A stretch of DNA of 63,737 bases, counting the filler, from Stramenopiles sp. TOSAG23-2 (taxonomy: Eukaryota), in NCBI GenBank assembly GCA_900128395.1. It is 19 parts of 19 records of this genome, joined end to end, with 100 filler letters (N's around TTAATTAATTAA, not from the genome) between each part and the next. Parts side by side here need not be neighbours in the genome. Positions count along the whole stretch, not along the records: positions 20,217 to 23,480 come from LT651287.1; positions 23,581 to 26,843 come from LT651288.1; positions 26,944 to 30,205 come from LT651289.1; positions 30,306 to 33,565 come from LT651290.1; positions 33,666 to 36,925 come from LT651291.1; 14 more parts are not named here. One strand, 5' to 3'. Of this stretch, positions 22,739 to 34,039 are shown piece after piece. Position 1 is the first letter of the stretch. Each line of letters begins with the position of its first letter. The notes below the pieces were generated by a model, which was not told the origin of the DNA, searched no databases, and was given only the letters and a program-made list of their open reading frames with translations. The position numbers and the translations under genes were made by a program.

Positions 22739-23383
22739 TTATTCTTCAACGAAAAATTTTTTTGGTGGTTTAATTACAAAAATATTTAAAAGTGCACAAA
22801 CGTTGCAATAATATCCCATTGACATGGTTAATTCTACAATACCAGAATCACCACCAACTGCCTCGCGTGTTTTTGCATATAATTCATCTGACACACGTGA
22901 CTTTGCAAAGTAGGTATTTACGAATTCATATACAGCTTGTTGGCGCTTTCCTTGTTGACTATTACCAAAATCAGGTGTTTTTCCAATTCTGATAGCCTCC
23001 ATAGCATCTGCCGGAACACCATTTTTAATTGCTAAACGGCAATGCGCCCACCATTCAAAGTCTGCTTTAAATTGCGCGCCTACCATAGATATTGCTAACT
23101 CTTGTAAGTCATCTGAGACATTTGGAGCACTGTACCTAATAGCATTGCCAAGATTATCTACAGCTTTTGCAATTTCTGGAGATGCGTATGCATATGAATT
23201 AAATGGACCCCCTAAAGAACCGTCTTTTTTAGGTTTCACACCACGTGCAGAATTTACAATGGAATCATATACAGCTTTATGAGCATCATCCATAGCCTCA
23301 CGCGTCATGGGAGCTAGCCTGGATGGTGGAATTTTAACTTTACCACTAGCAGTTAAATTCAATTTTAAAAATGTACGACTCAT
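22739..23383 (-). CDS. Carboxymuconolactone decarboxylase (CMD/AhpD-like) family protein
   Basis: GGPFN...SPE, ELAI..VG...FEWWAH..LA...G, VSDELY, GIVELT..MGYY. Confidence 0.85.
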   Translation of the reverse strand: MSRTFLKLNLTASGKVKIPPSRLAPMTREAMDDAHKAVYDSIVNSARGVKPKKDGSLGGPFNSYAYASPEIAKAVDNLGNAIRYSAPNVSDDLQELAISMVGAQFKADFEWWAHCRLAIKNGVPADAMEAIRIGKTPDFGNSQQGKRQQAVYEFVNTYFAKSRVSDELYAKTREAVGGDSGIVELTMSMGYYCNVCALLNIFVIKPPKKFFVEE

Positions 23384-23580
23384 GTTGGTTTTGTTTTCTT
23401 TTTAGTTTTTGTCGATGCGTCAAAATATTACTATGCATACTTTTTTCTTATGCTTATGATTTGTATATTTCTAAAAATATNNNNNNNNNNNNNNNNNNNN
23501 NNNNNNNNNNNNNNNNNNNNNNNNTTAATTAATTAANNNNNNNNNNNNNNNNNNNNNNNNNNNNNNNNNNNNNNNNNNNN

Positions 23581-24681
23581 ATATATGTATCAACAACAAA
23601 ACAACAACAAGGCCAACAAGGACAACAACAACAGCAAGGTGGTGCAGGTGATCACAACGAAGGTCAGCATCCTGGCATGACTGCTGGTAGTGGCGATCAC
23701 CCTGGCATGACTGCTGGTAGTGGCGATCATCCTGGTATGACTGCTGGTAGTGGAGAGCAACAACATGGTGGCGATGGTGGTGTTGATGAAGGTGGAAAAT
23801 GTACTTCTGATGATGATTGTAACGATGGCAATAAATGCAGGACACCAAAAGAAGTTGAACAAGAAGAGCAAAAAGACAGCACCAAGAAAGGTGGTAAAGG
23901 TGGCAAAACGTCCAAAAGTAAAGACAAAGGTAGTGGTAAAGCTGGAAAACCATCGAAAAAGACGGAGAAAGGCAGTAGCGGCAGTTCAAAAGGCGGTTCA
24001 AAAGCAGGAAAAGACAAACAAGCATTGCGTCAAGAAGAAGAAAAAATTATAAAAGAGGAAGAACAACGACTTGAACAGAAATTAGGCCAAGATGCAGGGG
24101 ATGATGACGATGATGCATATAGAAGGAGAAGACGACCTTTATCATCATTAGCAACAGTTAAATCAAAAAGAGCATCCAAAGGTGGAGGTAAGAAAAAATC
24201 CAAAGGAGGTAAAGAAGAGGAAAGCGAGGAAGAAAAAGAAATTGAACAAGACGTAGAAGCTGCTGAATCTCATCCAGATCAAAAAATATGCATTAGTGTA
24301 AACTCAGTAGAAGAATTGGAACAACTAGAACAAAAAGAAGAAGGTAGTGCAAAGAAAGGCGGCAAAGGCGGTAAACCTTCTAAAAAAGATACAAAAGGTT
24401 CAAAAGGTGGACAAACTTCTAAAAAAGACGAAAAAGGTAGTAGAGGAAAATCTGCATCCAAAGGTAGTTCAAAAGGTGGAAGCTTTGCTGAGCAAAAACA
24501 AAGTAGAAAAGAAAGTGAAGAACAAATGATAGAAGAAGAAGAAAAAAGATTAAAGGAAAAAATCGAAGCTGATATGGTTTCTGCTCATGGTGGTGCCATG
24601 TTGGCTGCAGATACAGATGGAGATGGTGAGATGGATATGTTAGCTGCACATAATGGTGGTGGTGATGACGGATATGAATAA
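23581..24681 (+). CDS. 5'-partial Lys/Gly/Ser- and Glu-rich repetitive protein (KxxK motifs)
   Basis: Frame open from contig start; (HPGMTAGSGD)x3; two homologous KKGGKGGK...EEEExRL modules; RRRRRPL; C-terminal DTDGDG. Confidence 0.75.
   Translation: MYVSTTKQQQGQQGQQQQQGGAGDHNEGQHPGMTAGSGDHPGMTAGSGDHPGMTAGSGEQQHGGDGGVDEGGKCTSDDDCNDGNKCRTPKEVEQEEQKDSTKKGGKGGKTSKSKDKGSGKAGKPSKKTEKGSSGSSKGGSKAGKDKQALRQEEEKIIKEEEQRLEQKLGQDAGDDDDDAYRRRRRPLSSLATVKSKRASKGGGKKKSKGGKEEESEEEKEIEQDVEAAESHPDQKICISVNSVEELEQLEQKEEGSAKKGGKGGKPSKKDTKGSKGGQTSKKDEKGSRGKSASKGSSKGGSFAEQKQSRKESEEQMIEEEEKRLKEKIEADMVSAHGGAMLAADTDGDGEMDMLAAHNGGGDDGYE
23668..23757 (+). repeat. Coding tandem repeat, 3 x 30 bp (HPGMTAGSG[D/E])
   Basis: CA(T/C)CCTGG(C/T)ATGACTGCTGGTAGTGG repeated with period 30. 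Confidence 0.9.
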
Positions 24682-25010
24682 ATTATTTGTGAATTTCAAA
24701 TGCCAGTCCTCCGTGCATTAATAGTGCGTGGTGTGGTACGGTGTGTTTTTCGTCAGAGTAAAAAAAATTATATAAAAATATAATATATCATATATCATAA
24801 TAAAAGTATGATAGTACTCTCGTAAATGTCAAATAAAATTTTAAAAAATGTCTCTTCTTGTGCTCTTCCGACAGGGGGGTGTTTTAACAAAAAAATATTA
24901 TTATTTTCACACACATGCTCACACACACACACATCATTATTTTATGTTCATACACACTCTTTGTAAAATATCTCTATACACGCTTCGCATTTTTTCTATT
25001 TTAATATATT

Positions 25011-26843
25011 TCACCTTCCAATATCAACACTTGCAGTATCACTACTAGTTTCACTATATTTCGTATTAATCGTTTCAAATATATCAAATATATCGCCATT
25101 TATAAAATCATGATCGACTACGTTTACTAAATAATACGTTTTGTGTATTTCATGTATCAACTCTGATGATCTCGATTCTTCATTGTATAAAGTTGCCCAT
25201 TCCGACAACCATAAACTAAATGCTTCATCTTTCCAAACTTCAAAAATTTCAGGATCTACAACTGTTGGTTGCAACGCTTCTCGGCCAGGGAATATACCCC
25301 ATGTGACAGCTGATGCTGATTTGGAATCACTATTTGAATATGAATTGCCATTAATATCAATCGCATGATATGTCAAGGAGCAATTTGCCAATTCACTAAT
25401 GGATTCCATAAATTGTCCTAATTTTTTCGGAGAACAAAAAAATTCAATGTATGCCTTTTGATATATTCTACCGTTTGGTCCACCCCATCCAAACACACTA
25501 TCATCGGAAGATATTCCATTCACCGCTGGTTGACTGTTAATGGTTAAAAATCCATTTCTATTTAATTTCCCTAAACGTTCAATAATTTCTAATGTTTCTA
25601 ATTGCAATGGTTCAGTACACCATGGTAAACGTCCAACTTTACCTTCTACATATTGTGCGAACACTTCATTAATATCACTTGCTTCCAATGGTGCCTCGTT
25701 CCATTGTGCTTTTCTTTCTACTACGGTCCCAGAGTTGAAACGGAAAAAATGCGTTTCACCTAATTCACCGAATGCTGGGCTATTTTTATTTCCCCATCGT
25801 CCATTTGGAAATTCATCCCACGCTTCAGTACGTGCCATGTAACTTTTTGGACGATTGGCCCAAAAAATTGGACGTACATTTTCATCATGACGATTCGAAA
25901 GTGTTGATGCTCTCCATGGGAAACGACGACGACTGGCAGCTCTTGGTCCTACTTTAATTTGCGATGCTTTATCAGAGCCTTTTAATGTTTCATCCCCGAT
26001 AGATAAACTTGGTCCATAGTTATCATCATTGCCATATGTAGCTGATATAGTCGGTGAGTTAATCAGATCTTTTTGTGGTTCATCCACTTTATTGATTGAA
26101 TCTGTTGTATTTTTGACTTCCTCGTTCGTAGTATTATCATTTGTAACATCTTCTTCTTCACCTTCTTCCTCCTTACTATAACCAGCAAGACCTACACGTT
26201 TAATAATTTCACGTACGGATCTTTCAAGGTTTAACGTATAAAAATGCAATCCAGGTGCACCCTGTTCTAAACATTCATTACATAATTTAGTAACAATATC
26301 AATACCAATCTCACGTACAGCTTCATCATCATCTTTTTGTTCCTTCAATTTTTCCAACAAGACATTTGGAATTTGACATTTACAATACTCCGTCATAGCT
26401 TTAAATGCTCTGAAATTTTGTATTGGCATGATTCCAGGTATAATTGGCACGTTGATACCAGCAGCCTGGCAATCTTTTAAATATCGCCCATATGCTTCTC
26501 CACGATAAAACAATTGTGTCAATACAACATCCGCACCTGCATCAACTTTTTCCTTTAAAAATTTAACATCACTTTCATATTTTTCCATACCATCATATCC
26601 TTCTGGATATCCAGAAACAGCAATACAAAAGTAATCACCAAATTCTTGACGAATAAATTGAACAAGTTCTTTTGCATTTAGTAATCCATTTTCGCATTGT
26701 TTCCATTTCCCACCTTGCCCACGCACTGGATCACCGCGCAAAGCTAATATATTTTCAATTCCAGCATCTTTTGCTTGTTGTAATACTTCACGTAATTTAT
26801 CTTTTGTCATATTTGTACAAGTTAAATGCATATTTGGAACTAC
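25011..26843 (-). CDS. MTHFR: Methylenetetrahydrofolate reductase (eukaryotic, with regulatory domain), 5' partial
   Basis: MHLTCTN, NILALRGDP, LKEKVDAGAD..TQLFY, HFYTLNLE, RPIFWANRPKSY, WDEFPNGRWG, TINSQPAVNG, VTWGIFPG. Confidence 0.97.
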   Translation of the reverse strand, partial: VVPNMHLTCTNMTKDKLREVLQQAKDAGIENILALRGDPVRGQGGKWKQCENGLLNAKELVQFIRQEFGDYFCIAVSGYPEGYDGMEKYESDVKFLKEKVDAGADVVLTQLFYRGEAYGRYLKDCQAAGINVPIIPGIMPIQNFRAFKAMTEYCKCQIPNVLLEKLKEQKDDDEAVREIGIDIVTKLCNECLEQGAPGLHFYTLNLERSVREIIKRVGLAGYSKEEEGEEEDVTNDNTTNEEVKNTTDSINKVDEPQKDLINSPTISATYGNDDNYGPSLSIGDETLKGSDKASQIKVGPRAASRRRFPWRASTLSNRHDENVRPIFWANRPKSYMARTEAWDEFPNGRWGNKNSPAFGELGETHFFRFNSGTVVERKAQWNEAPLEASDINEVFAQYVEGKVGRLPWCTEPLQLETLEIIERLGKLNRNGFLTINSQPAVNGISSDDSVFGWGGPNGRIYQKAYIEFFCSPKKLGQFMESISELANCSLTYHAIDINGNSYSNSDSKSASAVTWGIFPGREALQPTVVDPEIFEVWKDEAFSLWLSEWATLYNEESRSSELIHEIHKTYYLVNVVDHDFINGDIFDIFETINTKYSETSSDTASVDIGR

Positions 26844-26943
26844 NNNNNNNNNNNNNNNNNNNNNNNNNNNNNNNNNNNNNNNNNNNNTTAATTAATTAAN
26901 NNNNNNNNNNNNNNNNNNNNNNNNNNNNNNNNNNNNNNNNNNN

Positions 26944-29900
26944 GTTTTGTCTACAAAGTTTATTAAACAAAATAAACCTCGTATATTTAATTTATATACA
27001 TCATCGTTAAAAATAACATACAATGCACCTGATAGTACTACTATTAAAGGTACTATAGAGTTGAAAAACATCCGACATATTTATTTTGATACAGATAATA
27101 GATATGATAATATGGCCAGTTTAGGGAAAAGTGATCGTGCAAAAAAACGTTTGACAATTACTATTGATATATCATCTCGTAAATATAAATTGACTCCGGA
27201 TACAGAAAATGATATGAGATCATGGCTACGAACATTATTGAAAATAAATATGTTGCATAATAAAATTACTGAAAGAAAAGTATCCATGAGAGGATCTTTA
27301 AAATCAACATCTGGTTTAGAGTTAGAAAAATCCTTTGGCATACCACATTTATATGATAGAATATTATTATTAAATCGCAATGAAAAGCAAGGTGGTGATG
27401 CAGAGGATGAAAAAGAGAAACAAGAAAATGTCACAAACTTATTTGTACATATACATGATGTGACACATGATGATATGCCATTAAAATTTGATGTATCTGG
27501 TGATACAAGTATAAATAAAATGATACAAAATATCATTGATGAAATAAAACCAAAGGATAATGATGATGATGATGATGATAAGAAGAAGAAGGAAGGAGGA
27601 GGAGGAGGAAACACGAAACGCATTGATGAGTCATCCTCGTTTAATATTTCAAAGGAAGATTATGAAAATGTACGTTCTGAAGTGTTTCAAATTAAATTAT
27701 TACTAAAAGGAAAAAGGTATGATGATGACTTATCATCTGCTTGGAAAAGTGATGAATGGTTCGAAACAAGTGAATTCCATATACCAAAAATACGGCATTT
27801 GCAAATGTCTTTCCAAAGAAAAATTACACCATTAGCAAAATTAGTTTTACAAAAAAGAATTGGTGCAAAAGCTGTGGAAGCAGGTGGTATTTTTGTTGAA
27901 CTTGTCCCGTTGTATTTAGTTCCACAACTGCAAATTGACATTAAAATAAATTGTGTCCAATTACTACGAGATGATTCAACCAATAAACAGTTTGCGATGT
28001 ATAAGATCAATGTTCAAAATGGCGGATTGCGTTGGATTGTTTCCCATCGATTTAGCGAGTTTCACACATTTTATACAAATTTAGTTGAATTGTGGTCACA
28101 GCGTGCTGGATCCGTGTCACCAAGTATGAACAAGTCAAATGCGATGAAACCATTGCCATCTATACCATCTAAAACATTTTCCAAGACGCTTGATATACCA
28201 TTTCTTGATCTGCGCAGGAAAGAATTAGAAAAGTTTATCAAAGAATTATTAAAACATGAATGGGCATCGCAGCGTCCGGAAGTGTTATCGTTTTTAGGTT
28301 TTATGTCTGATCATTCGGATACTGGAATATTATCGAAACCAAAATCTATTCATATTAGTAAAATACAGGAAGTGGTCAATACTGGTGATATTGTATTGTT
28401 TAAATCCAAAAATTCATTAAGTGGGTTGCAACGCATTGCAACGGGTACAAATTGGGATCATATTGGGATCATATTGCAACGAACTGAAGCACTGTATGAT
28501 ATCATCGAAGCTACCGGAGATGGTGTCCAAATGTATCCATTAATAAATCGTTTAGAAGTGTACAATCAAACATTAATGTTTGATTGTACACTTCTAAACG
28601 ATTTATTAATGGATACATTTGGACACCATCTCCGGTAGCTTCGATGATATCATACAGTGCTTCAGTTCGTTGCAATATGATCCCAATATGATCCCAATTT
28701 GTACCCGTTGCAATGCGTTGCAACCCACTTAATGAATTTTTGGATTTAAACAATACAATATCACCAGTATTGACCACTTCCTGTATTTTACTAATATGAA
28801 TAGATTTTGGTTTCGATAATATTCCAGTATCCGAATGATCAGACATAAAACCTAAAAACGATAACACTTCCGGACGCTGCGATGCCCATTCATGTTTTAA
28901 TAATTCTTTGATAAACTTTTCTAATTCTTTCCTGCGCAGATCAAGAAATGGTATATCAAGCGTCTTGGAAAATGTTTTAGATGGTATAGATGGCAATGGT
29001 TTCATCGCATTTGACTTGTTCATACTTGGTGACACGGATCCAGCACGCTGTGACCACAATTCAACTAAATTTGTATAAAATGTGTGAAACTCGCTAAATC
29101 GATGGGAAACAATCCAACGCAATCCGCCATTTTGAACATTGATCTTATACATCGCAAACTGTTTATTGGTTGAATCATCTCGTAGTAATTGGACACAATT
29201 TATTTTAATGTCAATTTGCAGTTGTGGAACTAAATACAACGGGACAAGTTCAACAAAAATACCACCTGCTTCCACAGCTTTTGCACCAATTCTTTTTTGT
29301 AAAACTAATTTTGCTAATGGTGTAATTTTTCTTTGGAAAGACATTTGCAAATGCCGTATTTTTGGTATATGGAATTCACTTGTTTCGAACCATTCATCAC
29401 TTTTCCAAGCAGATGATAAGTCATCATCATACCTTTTTCCTTTTAGTAATAATTTAATTTGAAACACTTCAGAACGTACATTTTCATAATCTTCCTTTGA
29501 AATATTAAACGAGGATGACTCATCAATGCGTTTCGTGTTTCCTCCTCCTCCTCCTTCCTTCTTCTTCTTATCATCATCATCATCATCATTATCCTTTGGT
29601 TTTATTTCATCAATGATATTTTGTATCATTTTATTTATACTTGTATCACCAGATACATCAAATTTTAATGGCATATCATCATGTGTCACATCATGTATAT
29701 GTACAAATAAGTTTGTGACATTTTCTTGTTTCTCTTTTTCATCCTCTGCATCACCACCTTGCTTTTCATTGCGATTTAATAATAATATTCTATCATATAA
29801 ATGTGGTATGCCAAAGGATTTTTCTAACTCTAAACCAGATGTTGATTTTAAAGATCCTCTCATGGATACTTTTCTTTCAGTAATTTTATTATGCAACATA

Positions 29901-30205
29901 TTTATTTTCAATAATGTTCGTAGCCATGATCTCATATCATTTTCTGTATCCGGAGTCAATTTATATTTACGAGATGATATATCAATAGTAATTGTCAAAC
30001 GTTTTTTTGCACGATCACTTTTCCCTAAACTGGCCATATTATCATATCTATTATCTGTATCAAAATAAATATGTCGGATGTTTTTCAACTCTATAGTACC
30101 TTTAATAGTAGTACTATCAGGTGCATTGTATGTTATTTTTAACGATGATGTATATAAATTAAATATACGAGGTTTATTTTGTTTAATAAACTTTGTAGAC
30201 AAAAC
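26944..30205. repeat. Whole-contig perfect inverted duplication (palindrome, axis 28574/28575)
   Basis: Contig ends are reverse complements (GTTTTGTCTAC...GTAGACAAAAC); identical 563-aa ORF on both strands; centre CAAACATT|AATGTTTG has no loop. Confidence 0.97.
26947..28574 (+). CDS. PH + PX + permuted papain-like (YiiX/YebB, NlpC/P60) domain protein; partial at both ends, mirrored on the minus strand from 30202 to 28575
   Basis: PH (KGTIEL...RKYKL...MRSWLRTL); PX (HRFSEFHTFY...PSIPSK...RRKELEKFIKELL); TGDIVLF..WDHIGII..IIEATGDGV; sequence after the axis is artefactual. Confidence 0.8.
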
Positions 30206-30305
30206 NNNNNNNNNNNNNNNNNNNNNNNNNNNNNNNNNNNNNNNNNNNNTTAATTAATTAANNNNNNNNNNNNNNNNNNNNNNNNNNNNNNNNNNNNNNN
30301 NNNNN

Positions 30306-31018
30306 GAAGATGCGTATGCATATGACTTGATTCAAAATAAACTAAAAACATTAATAAAAGGCAATAATAATAATCATGATAACAATACACTACCTCCGAG
30401 GGATAGACAAATGTTATATATTGATATTAATAATATTATTAATCAACTTGATATTGTTGATGATAAGGAATACTTGCAACTTATTTCATCGTTATTTAAT
30501 GACAAGCATGTAACTGTAATTGGAAATGATTTAGAAAAAAAAGATCGTGGTTTACGATTTGCAGCATTGAATTTGTTTTTATTTTGTCTACAAAATCAAT
30601 TACCATATTGTAATAACAACGAAGATAACGAAGAAGAAAATGATACTGATAACACAATTTACGAACCTTATATCTTAAATTTGAAACTATTTTTAAAACG
30701 ATTAAATACTAGTAGAACTTACAATTTTTACATCATACAAAAAGGTAAATATTATAACAACATTGTAGATAAATGGAAAAAATCTGGTCCATATACAACT
30801 TTAAGTGCATATATACGAAATAATTATTGCACCAATGAATTTTTGCCACCATTAGAGACATTAAAATCCTTAACGAAAACAAATCATGATGCATATATAT
30901 GGTCGATTCCGAATAATTTAAATGATAATGTTGTAAAGAATAATAATAAAACTATAATACTGAAAGACCCAAATAAAGCATTCATTGGGGTAATTATTAG
31001 TAATCAAGCAGAGGAAGA

Positions 31019-31050
<32 letters not shown>

Positions 31051-33029
31051 TAGCACTTGATAAAAGTAATAAGATGAATATATTATTGGATAATCATACT
31101 GAAAATCAAATCATATTAAATAGTAGTTTTAGACATAAAAAAAATTCTGATAAAAATTCTGCACCTTCATCAACACCATCATTAATATATGGTGGTAACA
31201 ACAACAACAACAACAATAATCGTTATGGTATTAATAGTAGTAAAAGTGTAAATATACAGCATAGTAAAAGTAATGGGAAAATATTAGAACGAAATCTGAG
31301 ATTGCAAGCTATGATTGAGGAAACATTACAAAGTACGAAATATGAAGTGATGCAAAAAAAGAAAAAACAAGTCAAGAAAATGAAAACGGTACAAAAAAAT
31401 AAAGCAATGTTACTATTAGAAAAGGAGATAAAACGTGTAGAAATTGAAAGACGCATGCTAAAACAAGAAGAACAAAGAAAATTTCGACAAAATAAAAACA
31501 ACAATAGCAATATAAGGATGAATGAACATGATTATCATTACAATAGTAATAGTGATAAAGAAATAGGGGGAAAGGATAATTCTTTTGACAATTACTATTA
31601 TAACAATGATGAAATGGACACCCCATCTGCGTTGCGTTTTCAACAAATGAAAGCATACTTAAAAAACAAAGTTGATTCTAATAAAGATAATGTGAAAAAA
31701 AAAAACGAAGAAAGAGATAAACATATTCTATGGACATCTCGAAGAAACAGAGTTTTAGCGAAGAAACGACGTGCAGCAGGTGCAAAAACTTCTAAATTAA
31801 AAGCTAAACAACGACAAAGGGAATTAAATAAAAAAATGAAAGATGCACGTGTACGTCGTGCAATGCAAATATATGATGATTATACAAACGCATTAGAAAA
31901 AGGTTTACGTACAAACAATACTAATCAAAAGATAGGACAAGAGAAACATCGTCATAATAATAATAACAATAATAAACGTCACGATACCATTACCAAAAAT
32001 ACACGAATTAGAAGCAAAAGAAAGAAAAATAAACAGAAGAATGCATTGAAACAACAACAACAATTATCATCTTTGTATACAAAGAAAGCGAGTAAACAAA
32101 ATGATATTCAAATATCTCCACGTGCATTAAGGGAAGCATATGATTTAGCATTGCGCAAATTAGAAATTAACGTAGACCCACAAAGTAGAAACAACAATAA
32201 TGCGTCATCGCGTTCTTTAAATCATAATCCAAAAACTGAAAACACAAACAAGAATAAATACAGAACAGATGCTAAACTTCAACAGCAAATGAAAATGAGA
32301 ATAGAGGAAAAACAAGAAGAGGAACAAGATAAAGAAGAGTTAAAGCAATTGCAATTGGAGAAAATAGAAGCAATGAAAATATACAATGAATTGTTACCAA
32401 AAGATAAAGCAAATGATGTTAATCATATCCCAATAGAAACAATTGAATTAAAGAATGATTTAAAACCTAGACCACCACCATGGGATTTGAAAGGAACATC
32501 TTATGGACGTTGGCCAGAAAAACAAATGTCTAGGCGTGTATCAAAATATGTTCAAAATTATTTAGTAAATGCTGCAGAGGAAGAACGCAAAGCAAATGAA
32601 CGGAGAAAACCAGGTAGTAGTATTGGTGGTGGTGGTAGATTTAAGTTTGGGGAAGGTTACAATAATATTGATGATGGATTGAGTGTTATGACACAAGAAT
32701 CGATTAAAAAATTAATCGATTCGCAATATTACAAAATAGATAATAATGGAGCTAATAATTATACTACTACTAATAACACTGGATTGGTAATAAGAAATAA
32801 TGGTATGATGAATATGAATGACAGTCATGATAGTAGGAATGATGATGATGATGATATCAAATTTATCAGCAATAAAAAGGATAATAACTACAAAAATATC
32901 CTATTTACACCACAAATACCTAAAATGGAACGCAAAAATTCACATCGAAAAGCATTCCAACATTTACAACGAGAAACTATTCATCAAGGTAGATCACCTT
33001 TAACAAAATTTCGTAAGGTTGTTGATTGA
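30306..33029 (+). CDS. Large hypothetical Asn/Lys-rich coiled-coil protein, 5' partial
   Basis: At least 900-aa open frame from near the contig start; no recognised domain. Confidence 0.7.
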
Positions 33030-33272
33030 CAAAAAAAAAAAAAGTCCGTCTAAAAGGAAGTGTTTTATAAATACGAAGTACGAACCGTATAAAAATTAAA
33101 ATATATCATATATATGGTCCTGGTATCAGATACGATAGAGACGCGGGGGGAGCGGGGTGGTACGTGGTACCGGTACATACTCTGTATATGATGATATTTT
33201 CGTATATATATTTCGTATAAGCATACATATTTTTTACGAATATAATTATACGTTCGTACTACACTCTCTTAT

Positions 33273-33326
33273 AATGATGGTTAAAATCTTAATACTCTAC
33301 AAGCATGAGTAGGTTTCTATCCTTCC
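33273..33326 (+). repeat. Dispersed repeat family, copy B (internally deleted)
   Basis: 33273..33289 = reverse complement of 47249..47265; 33290..33326 = reverse complement of 47094..47130 (1 mismatch in 37). Confidence 0.88.
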
Positions 33327-34039
33327 GTGCGCTCTCGTTGAACGCGCTGGACGTCGGGTTCATTCGAAAACGGTTAGGTTGGCTACTCTCATATATATAC
33401 ATATATTATATAATATGATATACAGATTTGTATTAATTATACGAGTATATCATATGTGCACACATGGAATTTCACTTTTATTTTTTTATTTTTTTGGTTC
33501 ACATTTTTCTTTTATAATATTCTCCGGTATATGCATATTATTTTCGTGTCTGCATAACACACACTNNNNNNNNNNNNNNNNNNNNNNNNNNNNNNNNNNN
33601 NNNNNNNNNTTAATTAATTAANNNNNNNNNNNNNNNNNNNNNNNNNNNNNNNNNNNNNNNNNNNNTATAGTCGTTTTCATATACTCAGTAGATTTGTAGT
33701 GTTTGATATATTTGATAGGCAAAATTAGGTATTTTTTGTACTTGAGTGATGAGAATCATTTTTTTATGTCCCTAAAAAATAATAATAAATTAGTAGAGCA
33801 TTATCCATAATAATAAATAGCACAATATAATAAAATAATAAGAATAAATACAAACAAACATATAATTAATAATTATATTAGATATATACATACAGAAAAT
33901 ATATACATACATAGTATACATACACATTGGATATATACATAGTGATATATATATATATATATATATACATCTATATTGATATATACATATTTTAGAACAT
34001 TGTTTTTTCGTCGTATTTTTACTGTTATAGAAAAGCAAA

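Noticed and set aside
28511-30202. Second copy of the PH-PX gene as a true paralogue
   Set aside because: Exact mirror image produced by the palindromic contig
33350-33372. GGGTTCATTCGA resembling a tRNA T-arm or Pol III B-box
   Set aside because: No cloverleaf, D-arm or acceptor geometry could be built
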